This document shows positions 37,769 through 47,283 of a stretch of 64,000 nucleotides of DNA, one piece after another. The notes beneath the pieces were generated by a model. It did no database searches, was not told the DNA's origin, and worked only from the letters and a program-made list of their open reading frames with translations. This stretch comes from a virus (taxonomy: Duplodnaviria > Caudoviricetes): positions 32,001 to 96,000 of IMG/VR virus record IMGVR_UViG_3300029288_000095; one strand, 5' to 3'. Position numbers and translations under genes: made by a program. Every line of letters begins with the position of its first letter. Positions within the stretch are counted from its first letter, which is position 1.

Positions 37769-40639
37769 ATGAAATATTCAGCCACCTTTAATAGACTTCC
37801 TACCAAAACTGCGTCTTTTTGGCAAGTCACCGATGAATCTGGAAAGGAAGTAATAAAGGCTTCTGTCGCCCAGCTTTGGGGTAAACAGGCTTTCAAGATG
37901 TATGATAAGGTTGCTACTGAAGATTATGGTAATGCGATCCTTGCGCGTATAGAAAAGGATGGTCTGGAAAAGGTTGCGGCAACGATGGGCGTTGAGCCGA
38001 TGATCGGCGGCGATGCGCCGAAGGCAAAGCCGAAGTTTAATTTTAATAAACCGAAATCTGATGTTCCGGCTGTAGACAATTCGGCAAAAATTCCCAAAGA
38101 ACTTCCGAAAGCAGAAGCGCCGAAAGCGGATGCTGAAAAGAAACCTGAAGCGCCGAAAAAGAAATCAGTCAAAGACTATGCAAAGGAACTTGAAGCCTTC
38201 GTAACCGACATTGAAATCGACGAGAAGAAAAATGAATACCAGTTCAAGACCGAAGATGGCGGCGAAGTCGTTGTGAAGGTCGAAGCTAAAAAAGCGGACA
38301 AAAAAGAGGACGCGCCGAAGTCGGAAGATGCGCCAAAAGCCGAAAAGAAAGAGGAAAAAGAAGCTTCACTTGTCACCGCAGAAGCGGACAAAAAAGAGGA
38401 CAAAGGCTTCAAGATCGAAATAACCAAAGAAGGCAAGAAGGGCATGTGCAAACAGACTTCTGAAATCCTTACCAAGTTTATGACTGATCACGAAAAAGAT
38501 ATGGAAAAACTCGTCAAAGAAATTGAAGGCGAAGACGAAAAGCCCGAAACGAAAAAGGAAGAAAAGAAGGAAGATAAGACTGAAAAGAAAGAGCCGAAAG
38601 AAAAAGATGAAAAAGAAACGCCGAAAGAAGAAAAGATGGAGCATAAGAAAAGCGCTTCCGCATCTCATTCTAAGGCGTTTGATGTTTTTCTCGACGGCAA
38701 AAATATTGATACCGTGTTCTATTCTATTGATGAAGTGGTAGATGCCGATGAAGTTAAGAAATCTCTTATTGAACATGACGGATATGACCCAAATATTGAA
38801 GTGGAAGAAGTGATTTCTAATAAAAAAGCATCGCTTGAAGTGGAAGAAGATATTCCCGAAAAACACGCCAATCAGTTGAATACCATGTCCTTCAAGAAAA
38901 AGACCGTGAACGAAAAAGACTTCTATTCAAAGGCTTACGGCGATAAGGGTTTTGCGAATGGTCTTACGAAGAACTACAGCGGAAAAGATGGTCGAGCATT
39001 TCCGAAGATTGCTGCTAAGAATAAAGTCGATTATCCTTTCGTTGTAAATCCAAAGGCATCCAAGCCCGAAGGTGCGAAAGAATATTTCGGTAAAGAATAC
39101 GGCGATGAACAGTACGGTAAGAAACTTACCAAGAAATATAATCCAGGTAAACGGGCATACCCCGCCGCGCTTATTACCAAGATGATGCAAAAGCAGGCTT
39201 CGCTTAAAAAGGAAGCGCTTGAACTGTGGAAGTCTGCGCCGAATTATGGCGGAGAAGATTATAGCGATTATTACGTAGTCGCTGTTCGCACTCGCGATTC
39301 TAACGCTGTTGAAGAAAGTAATTTCGAATCGGCTTTGAAAAAGCTCGGCGGTGAAAAAGATGGCGTTATGGTTGCCCGTGCAAATCATTGGGCTGTCGGA
39401 TGGGTTGAATATCTTCTTGTACATAAAGGTGCGGCTGAAAAGGTTGCTATTGCGCAAGATATCGAAGCCAAGCTCGCCGAATATCCTATTCTCGACGAAG
39501 ACGATATGTCACAGCGCGAAATACAAATAGCCGATCAAGCCTACGAAGATTATATAAAAGATGAAGCGATAGAACATCTTGGTCTGAATGCGGATGAACT
39601 TTCCCCAGAAGATTTTGAAGCATTGAAAGATGCGGTTATGCAAGGTATGGAATATGGTGAAGAACCAACGGTAGCTTCGTGGAATATTGTTGAAGAAGCT
39701 TGGAATAACTACAAGGTTCAGCAAGAAACTGGTTCTAAACATACTCCCGATCTTCCTGGGGTTGAAGCGCGTAAGAATAAGTTCCGCGAAATGAAAGCCA
39801 AAAGGATTGCATCAATGGAAAAGAAAGCTGAACAGAAGAAAGTGGCGTATGATTTTACTGCTAATCAAGATATCGCTGTCGGCGATAAAGTTGAGGGCGG
39901 TACAGTAGTTGAAGTTAAGCGCGTACAGGATGTTTACGCTAACGAAGAAGAATTTAATCAATGGCAAGAAACATACGGGCAAGAAGGGCTTTCTTGGGAA
40001 GGTAATGAAATTGTCACCGTTGATATTGATAAAGAAGGTATTGTCGTTGAAAAGTTTATCTACGAAATTGAAAAGGATGAACCCGTGGAAACTGAAAAGC
40101 AAATACCAATGGCTACTGAAACCAAAGTAGAAGATAAGCCAGCGGCTATGGCGGCAGCGAAAGAAAAGCTTCTTCTGGCTGAAAAAGATAAGCAAATCAA
40201 GTATCTTGAAAAGAAGGTCGCAAACACCGAATTGAAAGTTGAAAAGTTGGCAAATGATAGAAACGAACTGATCGACGAAAAGGTTATTCGGATCAAAGCT
40301 GAAAAATCGCTTGATCTGTATAAGTTCGCACTGTCGAAAGGTTTGGTTGAAGAAACCGAAAAAGATGAGTTCATTGAACAGACTATGGATATGGACGATA
40401 AGTCTTTTGCGCTTTTCGATGCTAATATAAAGAAAATGGCATCAAAAGTGGTTACTGCGTCGAACACTTCTACGGAAGTTACGAATAAGAACGGTTCGAG
40501 AATTATTGTCAAGAACGCTGGCATGAAAAAGATTCCAAATCTCGCGTCCGAAAAAGTAGAACTGGGAGACTTTAAGAGCGCGGATTTGAAAGACAAGATT
40601 GCTAGTATCTGGACAGTTACAAAACGCCCACAAGAATAA
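37769..40639 (+). CDS. large scaffold-like protein with embedded cargo domains
   Basis: 956 aa immediately before decoration/MCP genes; K/E-rich, C-terminal coiled coil, internal globular inserts. Confidence 0.65.
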   Translation: MKYSATFNRLPTKTASFWQVTDESGKEVIKASVAQLWGKQAFKMYDKVATEDYGNAILARIEKDGLEKVAATMGVEPMIGGDAPKAKPKFNFNKPKSDVPAVDNSAKIPKELPKAEAPKADAEKKPEAPKKKSVKDYAKELEAFVTDIEIDEKKNEYQFKTEDGGEVVVKVEAKKADKKEDAPKSEDAPKAEKKEEKEASLVTAEADKKEDKGFKIEITKEGKKGMCKQTSEILTKFMTDHEKDMEKLVKEIEGEDEKPETKKEEKKEDKTEKKEPKEKDEKETPKEEKMEHKKSASASHSKAFDVFLDGKNIDTVFYSIDEVVDADEVKKSLIEHDGYDPNIEVEEVISNKKASLEVEEDIPEKHANQLNTMSFKKKTVNEKDFYSKAYGDKGFANGLTKNYSGKDGRAFPKIAAKNKVDYPFVVNPKASKPEGAKEYFGKEYGDEQYGKKLTKKYNPGKRAYPAALITKMMQKQASLKKEALELWKSAPNYGGEDYSDYYVVAVRTRDSNAVEESNFESALKKLGGEKDGVMVARANHWAVGWVEYLLVHKGAAEKVAIAQDIEAKLAEYPILDEDDMSQREIQIADQAYEDYIKDEAIEHLGLNADELSPEDFEALKDAVMQGMEYGEEPTVASWNIVEEAWNNYKVQQETGSKHTPDLPGVEARKNKFREMKAKRIASMEKKAEQKKVAYDFTANQDIAVGDKVEGGTVVEVKRVQDVYANEEEFNQWQETYGQEGLSWEGNEIVTVDIDKEGIVVEKFIYEIEKDEPVETEKQIPMATETKVEDKPAAMAAAKEKLLLAEKDKQIKYLEKKVANTELKVEKLANDRNELIDEKVIRIKAEKSLDLYKFALSKGLVEETEKDEFIEQTMDMDDKSFALFDANIKKMASKVVTASNTSTEVTNKNGSRIIVKNAGMKKIPNLASEKVELGDFKSADLKDKIASIWTVTKRPQE

Positions 40640-40679
40640 CGCTACGAAGTACGAAATTTTTTTATGAGAGGTATCGCAA

Positions 40680-41201
40680 ATGCTTAAACCTGTGAAGCAA
40701 TCCTTCCAAGGTGCATCAAGTCTCCCTCTCACCGCCGCTGCTATCGCGACGATCACTGCAACTCTTAGTGATCTCTTGAAGCTCGGCGCGATGAAACTTC
40801 AGCTCCCGTATGGCACTGGCACATTCGGCGCGGGACTGATAGTGAAACTTTCAAGCGAGTCTGGTGAAACCAAACTCGACCTTGCAAGTGGGAGCAATAC
40901 TGCTTATGGGGTAACGGCTGATAATTATGCCGATTACGCTCAGAGCGGTAAAATGTCTTTTTTCCCCCTTACGGACGGCCTTGAAGCCGATGTGCAGGGC
41001 AACTACGACACGGGATATACTTATTCCGTGGGCGCAAGACTTACCTATGTCCCTTCGGGAGCAAACCAAGGCAAGCTGATTCCGGCAACCGCTTATACGA
41101 CACAAGAAATTGTGGCGATAGTGGTTACTGCTCCGGCTAATGCTGCTAATGACGACATCATGCGCGTCAAGTTCTGCTTTCAAGCGGAAGCGGTAGCATA
41201 A
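40680..41201 (+). CDS. capsid decoration / minor head protein
   Basis: 173 aa, Gly/Ala/Thr-rich, directly before MCP. Confidence 0.65.
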   Translation: MLKPVKQSFQGASSLPLTAAAIATITATLSDLLKLGAMKLQLPYGTGTFGAGLIVKLSSESGETKLDLASGSNTAYGVTADNYADYAQSGKMSFFPLTDGLEADVQGNYDTGYTYSVGARLTYVPSGANQGKLIPATAYTTQEIVAIVVTAPANAANDDIMRVKFCFQAEAVA

Positions 41202-41207
41202 GGAGCA

Positions 41208-42143
41208 ATGAACATGGAAAATCTTAATGCTCAGGAAAAGTCGGCGCTTGTTGATTCAATGTTTGAATCGACTGAAGGCCGCATGGCTCTCGCCGCTTCT
41301 ATGGCGAACCCAATCCGCATGGACATGGACTATCAGGGCATTTCCCGTAAGGTGCTCGTGGTAGACGCCATTCCCCAGGGCGAATTGGTTGTTTATGACC
41401 GTGACGTTCGTCTCCCAGCGAAAGTTATCGGTATGCGTGGACGCATCGAAGATGGTATCCTCGAAGGCGAACGCGTGACGGTCCCGACGTTCAACGTCGT
41501 GTCCTATCCGCAAGTACCCATCGACCAGATCCAGACTCGTAAGTTCAATATCGTTGACCGCGCACAGCAACGTGCGAAGAACGACATGATGGCGACTGAA
41601 GATACCTTTCTGTTCACCGCTCTCGAAGCGGCTGCGGCAAGTGGTATCAACGGTATTGCTACCGTGGCGGGAACTGTGGATAAAGACGCACTGCTTAACG
41701 TCTACCAAGAAGTAGGTAAGTGGCCGCTGAATCCCGCGAAGATCGTTATGAACTTCGTCAATTACGTTGACCTGCTCCGCTTTACTCGCGATGAAATCGA
41801 TCCAGTGACGCAGCGCGAAGTCTTGATGACTGGCCTGTGGGCGCATATCTGGACGACTGACATCCTCGTTTCTAACCTTTGCCCCGTGAACCGCGTGTTC
41901 GTGATCGCCGAACCGGAACAGACTGGTGTGCTCCCGATCCGTCAGGACATCACCGTTACTCCGTCGGATATCATGCCGCGCCTTACGCTCGGCTGGGTTA
42001 TCTACGAAACAATCGGCATGGGTATCCTTAACCCGCGCTCGGTTGCGAAGCTTGAAGTTTCGGGTAAGACGACTTTCACGCCTTGGTATCTCAGCAATAC
42101 CATCGGTGAAGCTATCTACACTCCGAACGGCTCTATTTCGTAA
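41208..42143 (+). CDS. major capsid protein (HK97 fold)
   Basis: 311 aa; GRMALAASMANPIR..DYQGISRK.LVVD, IVDRAQQRA, GWVIYETIGMGILNPRSV; strong codon bias; followed by terminator. Confidence 0.9.
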   Translation: MNMENLNAQEKSALVDSMFESTEGRMALAASMANPIRMDMDYQGISRKVLVVDAIPQGELVVYDRDVRLPAKVIGMRGRIEDGILEGERVTVPTFNVVSYPQVPIDQIQTRKFNIVDRAQQRAKNDMMATEDTFLFTALEAAAASGINGIATVAGTVDKDALLNVYQEVGKWPLNPAKIVMNFVNYVDLLRFTRDEIDPVTQREVLMTGLWAHIWTTDILVSNLCPVNRVFVIAEPEQTGVLPIRQDITVTPSDIMPRLTLGWVIYETIGMGILNPRSVAKLEVSGKTTFTPWYLSNTIGEAIYTPNGSIS

Positions 42144-42156
42144 TCACTTTGATACG

Positions 42157-42188
42157 AAGGGAGGGGATATTTTGTCCCCTCCCTTTTT
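42157..42188 (+). terminator. intrinsic terminator after MCP
   Basis: AAGGGAGGGGATA-TTT-TGTCCCCTCCCTT followed by T-tract. Confidence 0.85.
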
Positions 42189-42236
42189 ATCTTAATTAAC
42201 AAACAACAATAACAAAAACATTTTAGGAGAAACACA

Positions 42237-42632
42237 ATGATTCTGCAAAACGTATCCCGTAAGACACACATTCTTTCATTTCTTCGCCGGAAACAATCTG
42301 ATCCGGCAATCACACTTACAAGCGGACAGGCAATCGACTTGGCTACGAAAGGGTACAAGGACGAAGAGCTTAACAGCAATCCGCAAATTCAAATGCTACT
42401 TCAGAGTGGCGAAATCAAAGCGCTCACCACAATGCCGCCAGTTACGCCGGCGATGGTGCATCAAGCCGAACAAGCAAATACCGCACTTGAACGCGAAAGA
42501 ATTATTGAATTCGTAAAGAATCATTTCGCTGTTACGCTGATAGAATATCATCGTGATAAAGCACGCGATACAAAAGACTTTGAGCTTGAAACAATTTGCA
42601 AAGATCGGCTTTCTGAAATAGGCTATCGTTAA
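42237..42632 (+). CDS. hypothetical virion-associated protein
   Basis: AGGAG RBS, post-MCP position. Confidence 0.65.
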   Translation: MILQNVSRKTHILSFLRRKQSDPAITLTSGQAIDLATKGYKDEELNSNPQIQMLLQSGEIKALTTMPPVTPAMVHQAEQANTALERERIIEFVKNHFAVTLIEYHRDKARDTKDFELETICKDRLSEIGYR

Positions 42633-42656
42633 CTAAGAATATTATAGGCTTTTGAA

Positions 42657-43145
42657 ATGATAATCATTAACAAAGCTGTTGGTAGTCTACGCATATCAGA
42701 TATACAATATACCTTGACTACAAAACAAATGGTAAAAATATCTGACTACGTGGATAAACAAGTTTTGGAAAGAAGTTTGTTAGCCCCTCGCGGCAATCTT
42801 TACATGGCAAAAAAAGACGGTCTTGTGCAAATCGTTCACGAATACGACAACGAATATAAACGTTATGAAGAACGTATTTTGGCACAAGCGAATTTTTATG
42901 ATCCGAATACAAGAGTTGTAAAGATGCGCGAGGGGTTACTTAAATTTCATTCACTTAAAACGCATAAAGAAAAAGAAGATTTCATTGAAGGACTTGGTTT
43001 CCTTTACTATGATTTCTTCATTGAATTGCGCAATAAGTTGATAAGTCCAGAACATATAGAGATAAAAAAACTCGTAGAAAGAAAAATCAATTCGTTCAAG
43101 GACCAGAAGATTGCGGAAGGATTTGTTCTTCTTGATTTTTCATAA
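42657..43145 (+). CDS. hypothetical protein
   Basis: 162-aa ORF. Confidence 0.65.
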   Translation: MIIINKAVGSLRISDIQYTLTTKQMVKISDYVDKQVLERSLLAPRGNLYMAKKDGLVQIVHEYDNEYKRYEERILAQANFYDPNTRVVKMREGLLKFHSLKTHKEKEDFIEGLGFLYYDFFIELRNKLISPEHIEIKKLVERKINSFKDQKIAEGFVLLDFS

Positions 43146-43174
43146 CATACAATAATAACGCATCAGGATAAAAA

Positions 43175-44323
43175 ATGTCTTTAGAAGTCATATGGCATGC
43201 GCCTGTGTACGATCCTTCGGGTTATGCTTCTTGTGCCAGAGATTACATCTTCGCACTGCATGAGGCGGGTGTGAAAGTTCGCGTTCAGCCAGTAACATTT
43301 TGGTCGCCGATAGCAACTCCGGCAGTCAGCGGAGAAAAGCTAGAACTGTTGAAGTCATTGGAAAATACTGAAGTATCTCCAACTTGTCCGCGTGTATGGC
43401 ACATGGTTCCAGACCTTTATAAAAAGCTTGATCCGCAGCGGAATGAACTTGGCTATACTGTATTTGAAACTGACGGTCTGCCGGCTCATTGGGTAGAACA
43501 GATGAACAAAATGGCTGGTATATTAGTTCCATGTTCTTTCAATCTTGAAACTTTCCAGAACGGAGGTTTCAATAAAAACAGAATGACGGTAATACCACAT
43601 ATCGTTGATACCGAAACGATGAACCCAGATAATTATAAGCCACTTGATCTAACAGCAAATGGCGCTATGCCAAAGAAAGATTTTTATTTCCTTTCAGTGA
43701 TGGACGTTACGCACAGAAAGGGATGGGATATTATGCTACGGGCATATCTGCGCGAATTCGACGGCGATCAGAACGTTGGCCTTATATTCAAAGGATACTT
43801 CGGCGGCGTCACAGAAAATCATAAAAAGAATCTTATCAATCGTCTTCAAGACTTTGGACGTAAAATGATGCTTAAAAGGCCGCCATCGGTTATTTTCTAT
43901 GGAGATATTCTTGACCAATCCGATCTTCCGCGTCTTTACAAGTCATGCGATTGCTTCTTATCGCCTCACCGTGGTGGTGGCTGGGAACTCGGATGTAGCG
44001 AATCTATGGCTATGGGATTGCCATGTATTGCTACGGGATGGTCAGGAAATATGCAGTTCATGAACGAAAATAATGCCTACCTAATCGACGTGGTTGAATT
44101 CAAGACGATTGATGAAGAAATGACCAAGATCACGCCTAATTATAAAGGTCAGAAATGGGCAGAACCTTCGGAAGCTCATCTTCGGAAGCTTATGCGCCAT
44201 GTCTATGAAAACAGAGCAGAAGCAAAAGCGAAAGGCGCATTGGCGCGGAAGCATCTTATGGAAAACTTTAATAAAAAAGTTATCGCCGATAAGCTGATCG
44301 AAGTAATAAAAAAATATAGCTAG
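43175..44323 (+). CDS. glycosyltransferase, GT-B (GT4-like)
   Basis: SGYA, YTVFETD, RKGWDIML, PHRGGGWELGCSESMAMGLPCIATGWSG. Confidence 0.85.
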   Translation: MSLEVIWHAPVYDPSGYASCARDYIFALHEAGVKVRVQPVTFWSPIATPAVSGEKLELLKSLENTEVSPTCPRVWHMVPDLYKKLDPQRNELGYTVFETDGLPAHWVEQMNKMAGILVPCSFNLETFQNGGFNKNRMTVIPHIVDTETMNPDNYKPLDLTANGAMPKKDFYFLSVMDVTHRKGWDIMLRAYLREFDGDQNVGLIFKGYFGGVTENHKKNLINRLQDFGRKMMLKRPPSVIFYGDILDQSDLPRLYKSCDCFLSPHRGGGWELGCSESMAMGLPCIATGWSGNMQFMNENNAYLIDVVEFKTIDEEMTKITPNYKGQKWAEPSEAHLRKLMRHVYENRAEAKAKGALARKHLMENFNKKVIADKLIEVIKKYS

Positions 44324-44332
44324 AGTATAATC

Positions 44333-44593
44333 ATGAATGAAATAAAAATTGTTTCTCCTGATGGCAAATCAACAAGCGCTTCCATAGAAAAGGATGGAAT
44401 AAAATTAAAAAAAATACAGCACATTGTTGCATATATAAATTATGATGAAGTAATCAACTATATGTATTTTTATGATTCGGATGGGAAACAATATAAATGC
44501 ATTTTGAAAAATTACGAAATAAATGGATTGCTTTCTGAAATTAAAGAAAATAAAAAAGAAATTGATAAGGAGAAAATTAATGGCTCGCTATGA
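44333..44593 (+). CDS. hypothetical protein
   Basis: ORF. Confidence 0.55.
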   Translation: MNEIKIVSPDGKSTSASIEKDGIKLKKIQHIVAYINYDEVINYMYFYDSDGKQYKCILKNYEINGLLSEIKENKKEIDKEKINGSL

Positions 44594-44801
44594 TTTTACT
44601 TGTACAAAATGCACACACGCCGTTGAGGTCAATGTTTCTATAAACGATATAGAAAAACACGAACAGAAATGCGAAAAGTGCGGCGCAGATATGCAGCGTT
44701 TGTTTAACATGCCGTTTGTAAAATATGTAGGCCCCGGTTTTTACAAGACCGAGTATGCCACTCAGCATCTCGGCGGCGGTATGGAACTTAGGCATAAATG
44801 A
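44580..44801 (+). CDS. FmdB-family zinc ribbon protein
   Basis: MARYDFTCTKC...CEKCG...GPGFYKTEY. Confidence 0.8.
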   Translation: MARYDFTCTKCTHAVEVNVSINDIEKHEQKCEKCGADMQRLFNMPFVKYVGPGFYKTEYATQHLGGGMELRHK

Positions 44802-44807
44802 AAAACA

Positions 44808-45749
44808 ATGAACATTCTAACATTTTCTACACATGAAGGGTATCAATATAATCTGTGTAAGACAGGTCATAACTTTGACATCCTTGAATCTGATAAGCTT
44901 GGCGGCGTGAAAGGCTGGGACGAAAGGCAAAGACCGCTTCCACCAAACGCTCACGTCATAAGCGCTGTAGATAATTACGATAGGTACGATCTGATCTTAT
45001 GTCAGAAGATAGAAGATTGGTATCGCGTCAAAGATATTCAAAAGAAAAAAATCATTCTATTTCATGTTCTTTGGAGTAGGAACTGGGATATATCTGAAGA
45101 AGACGACTTTAAGGGTCGCGATGGTTTAATAGCGCAGATGAAAGATGATTACAAGGTTTATATCCTTGAATCAAAACGGAAATCGTGGAATAGTTTTGAC
45201 GATAAGTCGGTTATTATAAACCACGGCGTTGATCTGAACGATTATAATAAAAAATTCAATGGAAACACGCAATCGGTTCTACGCGCTTGTCACTTCTTCC
45301 GTGATCGCGATTGGTGGTGCGGCTATGATAAATTCCTAAAAGTCTTGCGCGGATCGCCGCACATGATACTTGGGAACAACCCAAATACGCCGAATAGCTT
45401 CTATCCAGAAAACTTTGAAACGTATAAAGATTTCTTTTATGGGTTTCGCGTGTATTTTAATTCAACTACGAATGATGATTATCCTTTGAGTATGCTTGAT
45501 GCTTTCGCGGCGGGTATGCCTGTAGTATCAACATGCGCCAAGAACGAACCGCAATATATCTATCACGGTTATAACGGCTATGTGTCAGACGATGACGAAT
45601 GTTTGCATGAGTCCATAAGCATGATGCTACAAGATCGTAGAAAGGCGCGGCTAATAGGCAAAGCAGGCAAAGATATCATTGACGAACATTTCAATCTAAA
45701 GAAATTCATAGACAAGTGGAACGAAACATTTGAGCTTGCAAGGAAATAA
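44808..45749 (+). CDS. glycosyltransferase, GT-B (GT4-like)
   Basis: YPLSMLDAFAAGMPVVS...HGYNGY. Confidence 0.8.
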   Translation: MNILTFSTHEGYQYNLCKTGHNFDILESDKLGGVKGWDERQRPLPPNAHVISAVDNYDRYDLILCQKIEDWYRVKDIQKKKIILFHVLWSRNWDISEEDDFKGRDGLIAQMKDDYKVYILESKRKSWNSFDDKSVIINHGVDLNDYNKKFNGNTQSVLRACHFFRDRDWWCGYDKFLKVLRGSPHMILGNNPNTPNSFYPENFETYKDFFYGFRVYFNSTTNDDYPLSMLDAFAAGMPVVSTCAKNEPQYIYHGYNGYVSDDDECLHESISMMLQDRRKARLIGKAGKDIIDEHFNLKKFIDKWNETFELARK

Positions 45750-45751
45750 CT

Positions 45752-46447
45752 ATGAAATACATAACCATACCCGCAACGCGCCCACAGTATCTTGAACAAG
45801 TAATCGAATCGCTGAAGCCGAATAAGAACCTTGATCAATATACGCTATTGATCGTGCTTGAACCGTGTTATAAGAAAGAATTGCCGGATCTGTCTTGGAT
45901 AAAGCATATCGTTGTACGCAACGAGCAGACACGCGGAGTGGATAACAATCAACATTTTATTTTGGATTATGCTTTCAGCCGTGATGCGGAATATGTTATT
46001 CGCCTTGAAGACGATCTGTGTGTTAGTCCAGACGTTACGGAATTGGCTGAATGGTATGTCAGTCAACCGTTGCTGGAAGACCAAGTCTGCATGATACTTT
46101 GGAGCGGAAGCACGACCGAAGAAAATCCAACAAAAATAATTATGCACGATTATTTTTGTCCGTGGGGGAATGTTATTACTAAACCGCAATGGGAAAACCA
46201 TTGGAAGAACCAAATGCAAAACAAAGATAATTGTTCTGTGTTTGATTGTGAACATAATTTCGGATGGGACTGGATTTTAAATGGATACTTTATTAAATAT
46301 AAAAAGCACTCAATGGTTCCGGCACTATCTCGTATAAAAAATGTAGGCGTAGATGGTGTATATTCTAACGAATGGGTTTGGAAAAAGTCATTTAATGGCA
46401 AAATCAACAACACGAAAATTTATAATCGTACAGACTATTCACTATGA
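45752..46447 (+). CDS. glycosyltransferase, GT-A (GnT-I-like)
   Basis: RPQYL, LEDDLCVSPD, PWG, GWD, PALSRIKNVGVDG. Confidence 0.7.
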   Translation: MKYITIPATRPQYLEQVIESLKPNKNLDQYTLLIVLEPCYKKELPDLSWIKHIVVRNEQTRGVDNNQHFILDYAFSRDAEYVIRLEDDLCVSPDVTELAEWYVSQPLLEDQVCMILWSGSTTEENPTKIIMHDYFCPWGNVITKPQWENHWKNQMQNKDNCSVFDCEHNFGWDWILNGYFIKYKKHSMVPALSRIKNVGVDGVYSNEWVWKKSFNGKINNTKIYNRTDYSL

Positions 46448-47283
46448 AAATAGGATTTATCAACCAATCTCAAATCGGATACGGCGCATGGGAGACCACA
46501 ATAAATCTTATCAAAGAAGCCAAAAATCGCGGACACGAAACATATCTGAATGAATACCGCGACGATCTTGATTTTTATGTCATAGGTATGTTTTATGACT
46601 CCGATGGTGTTGCTAAGATAATCAAAAATAAGCCGTATGTTTATATCGAACATTCTATTGAGATGATACTGCACGAAAAAGAAATCATTCGTAAACACAT
46701 ATTGCCAAACGCAAAAAAGATTTATTTCTTTTCGCCACGGCAACGGGAAAACATATTATATAATTTAAATTCGGCAAGTCAAAAAATTATTGAAAACAAT
46801 CATGCTTATTTAGTCGTTCCTATTGACACAGAATTCTGGAAAGCAATAGATATTGAACGCGAATTTAACTTGAATATATTCGTTGGGTTAATCCATTCTA
46901 ACAAAGGCGTGTGTCAGATACTTCAAGAAGCCAAACAAAAACCAAACCAAAAATTTGTATTTATAGGTTCTGGCGGTGGAGATATTGACGTAAACACATT
47001 TATAAACGGATATCCTAATTGCCAATATATCGGTCATCAAAACAAAGAACAGCTACGCGAATGGTATTCACGTGCGTCTAATCTTTATATTCTTGCATCA
47101 AATGGAGCGGTTGAGAGCGCAAGTCGTGTCGTTTTTGAAGCGGTTCTATGCGGATGTAATCCAATAGTTAATAAAAATGTTGGTAATTCCAGTTATCCAT
47201 GGTATAACGACCGTTCAAAAATAATAGAAAATATAAAAGAATCAATCAATAACTTTTATTGTTTTATAGAAAGCGCAAAATGA
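46444..47283 (+). CDS. glycosyltransferase, GT-B (GT4-like)
   Basis: FVGLIHSNKGV, ESASRVVFEAVLCGC. Confidence 0.8.
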   Translation: MKIGFINQSQIGYGAWETTINLIKEAKNRGHETYLNEYRDDLDFYVIGMFYDSDGVAKIIKNKPYVYIEHSIEMILHEKEIIRKHILPNAKKIYFFSPRQRENILYNLNSASQKIIENNHAYLVVPIDTEFWKAIDIEREFNLNIFVGLIHSNKGVCQILQEAKQKPNQKFVFIGSGGGDIDVNTFINGYPNCQYIGHQNKEQLREWYSRASNLYILASNGAVESASRVVFEAVLCGCNPIVNKNVGNSSYPWYNDRSKIIENIKESINNFYCFIESAK

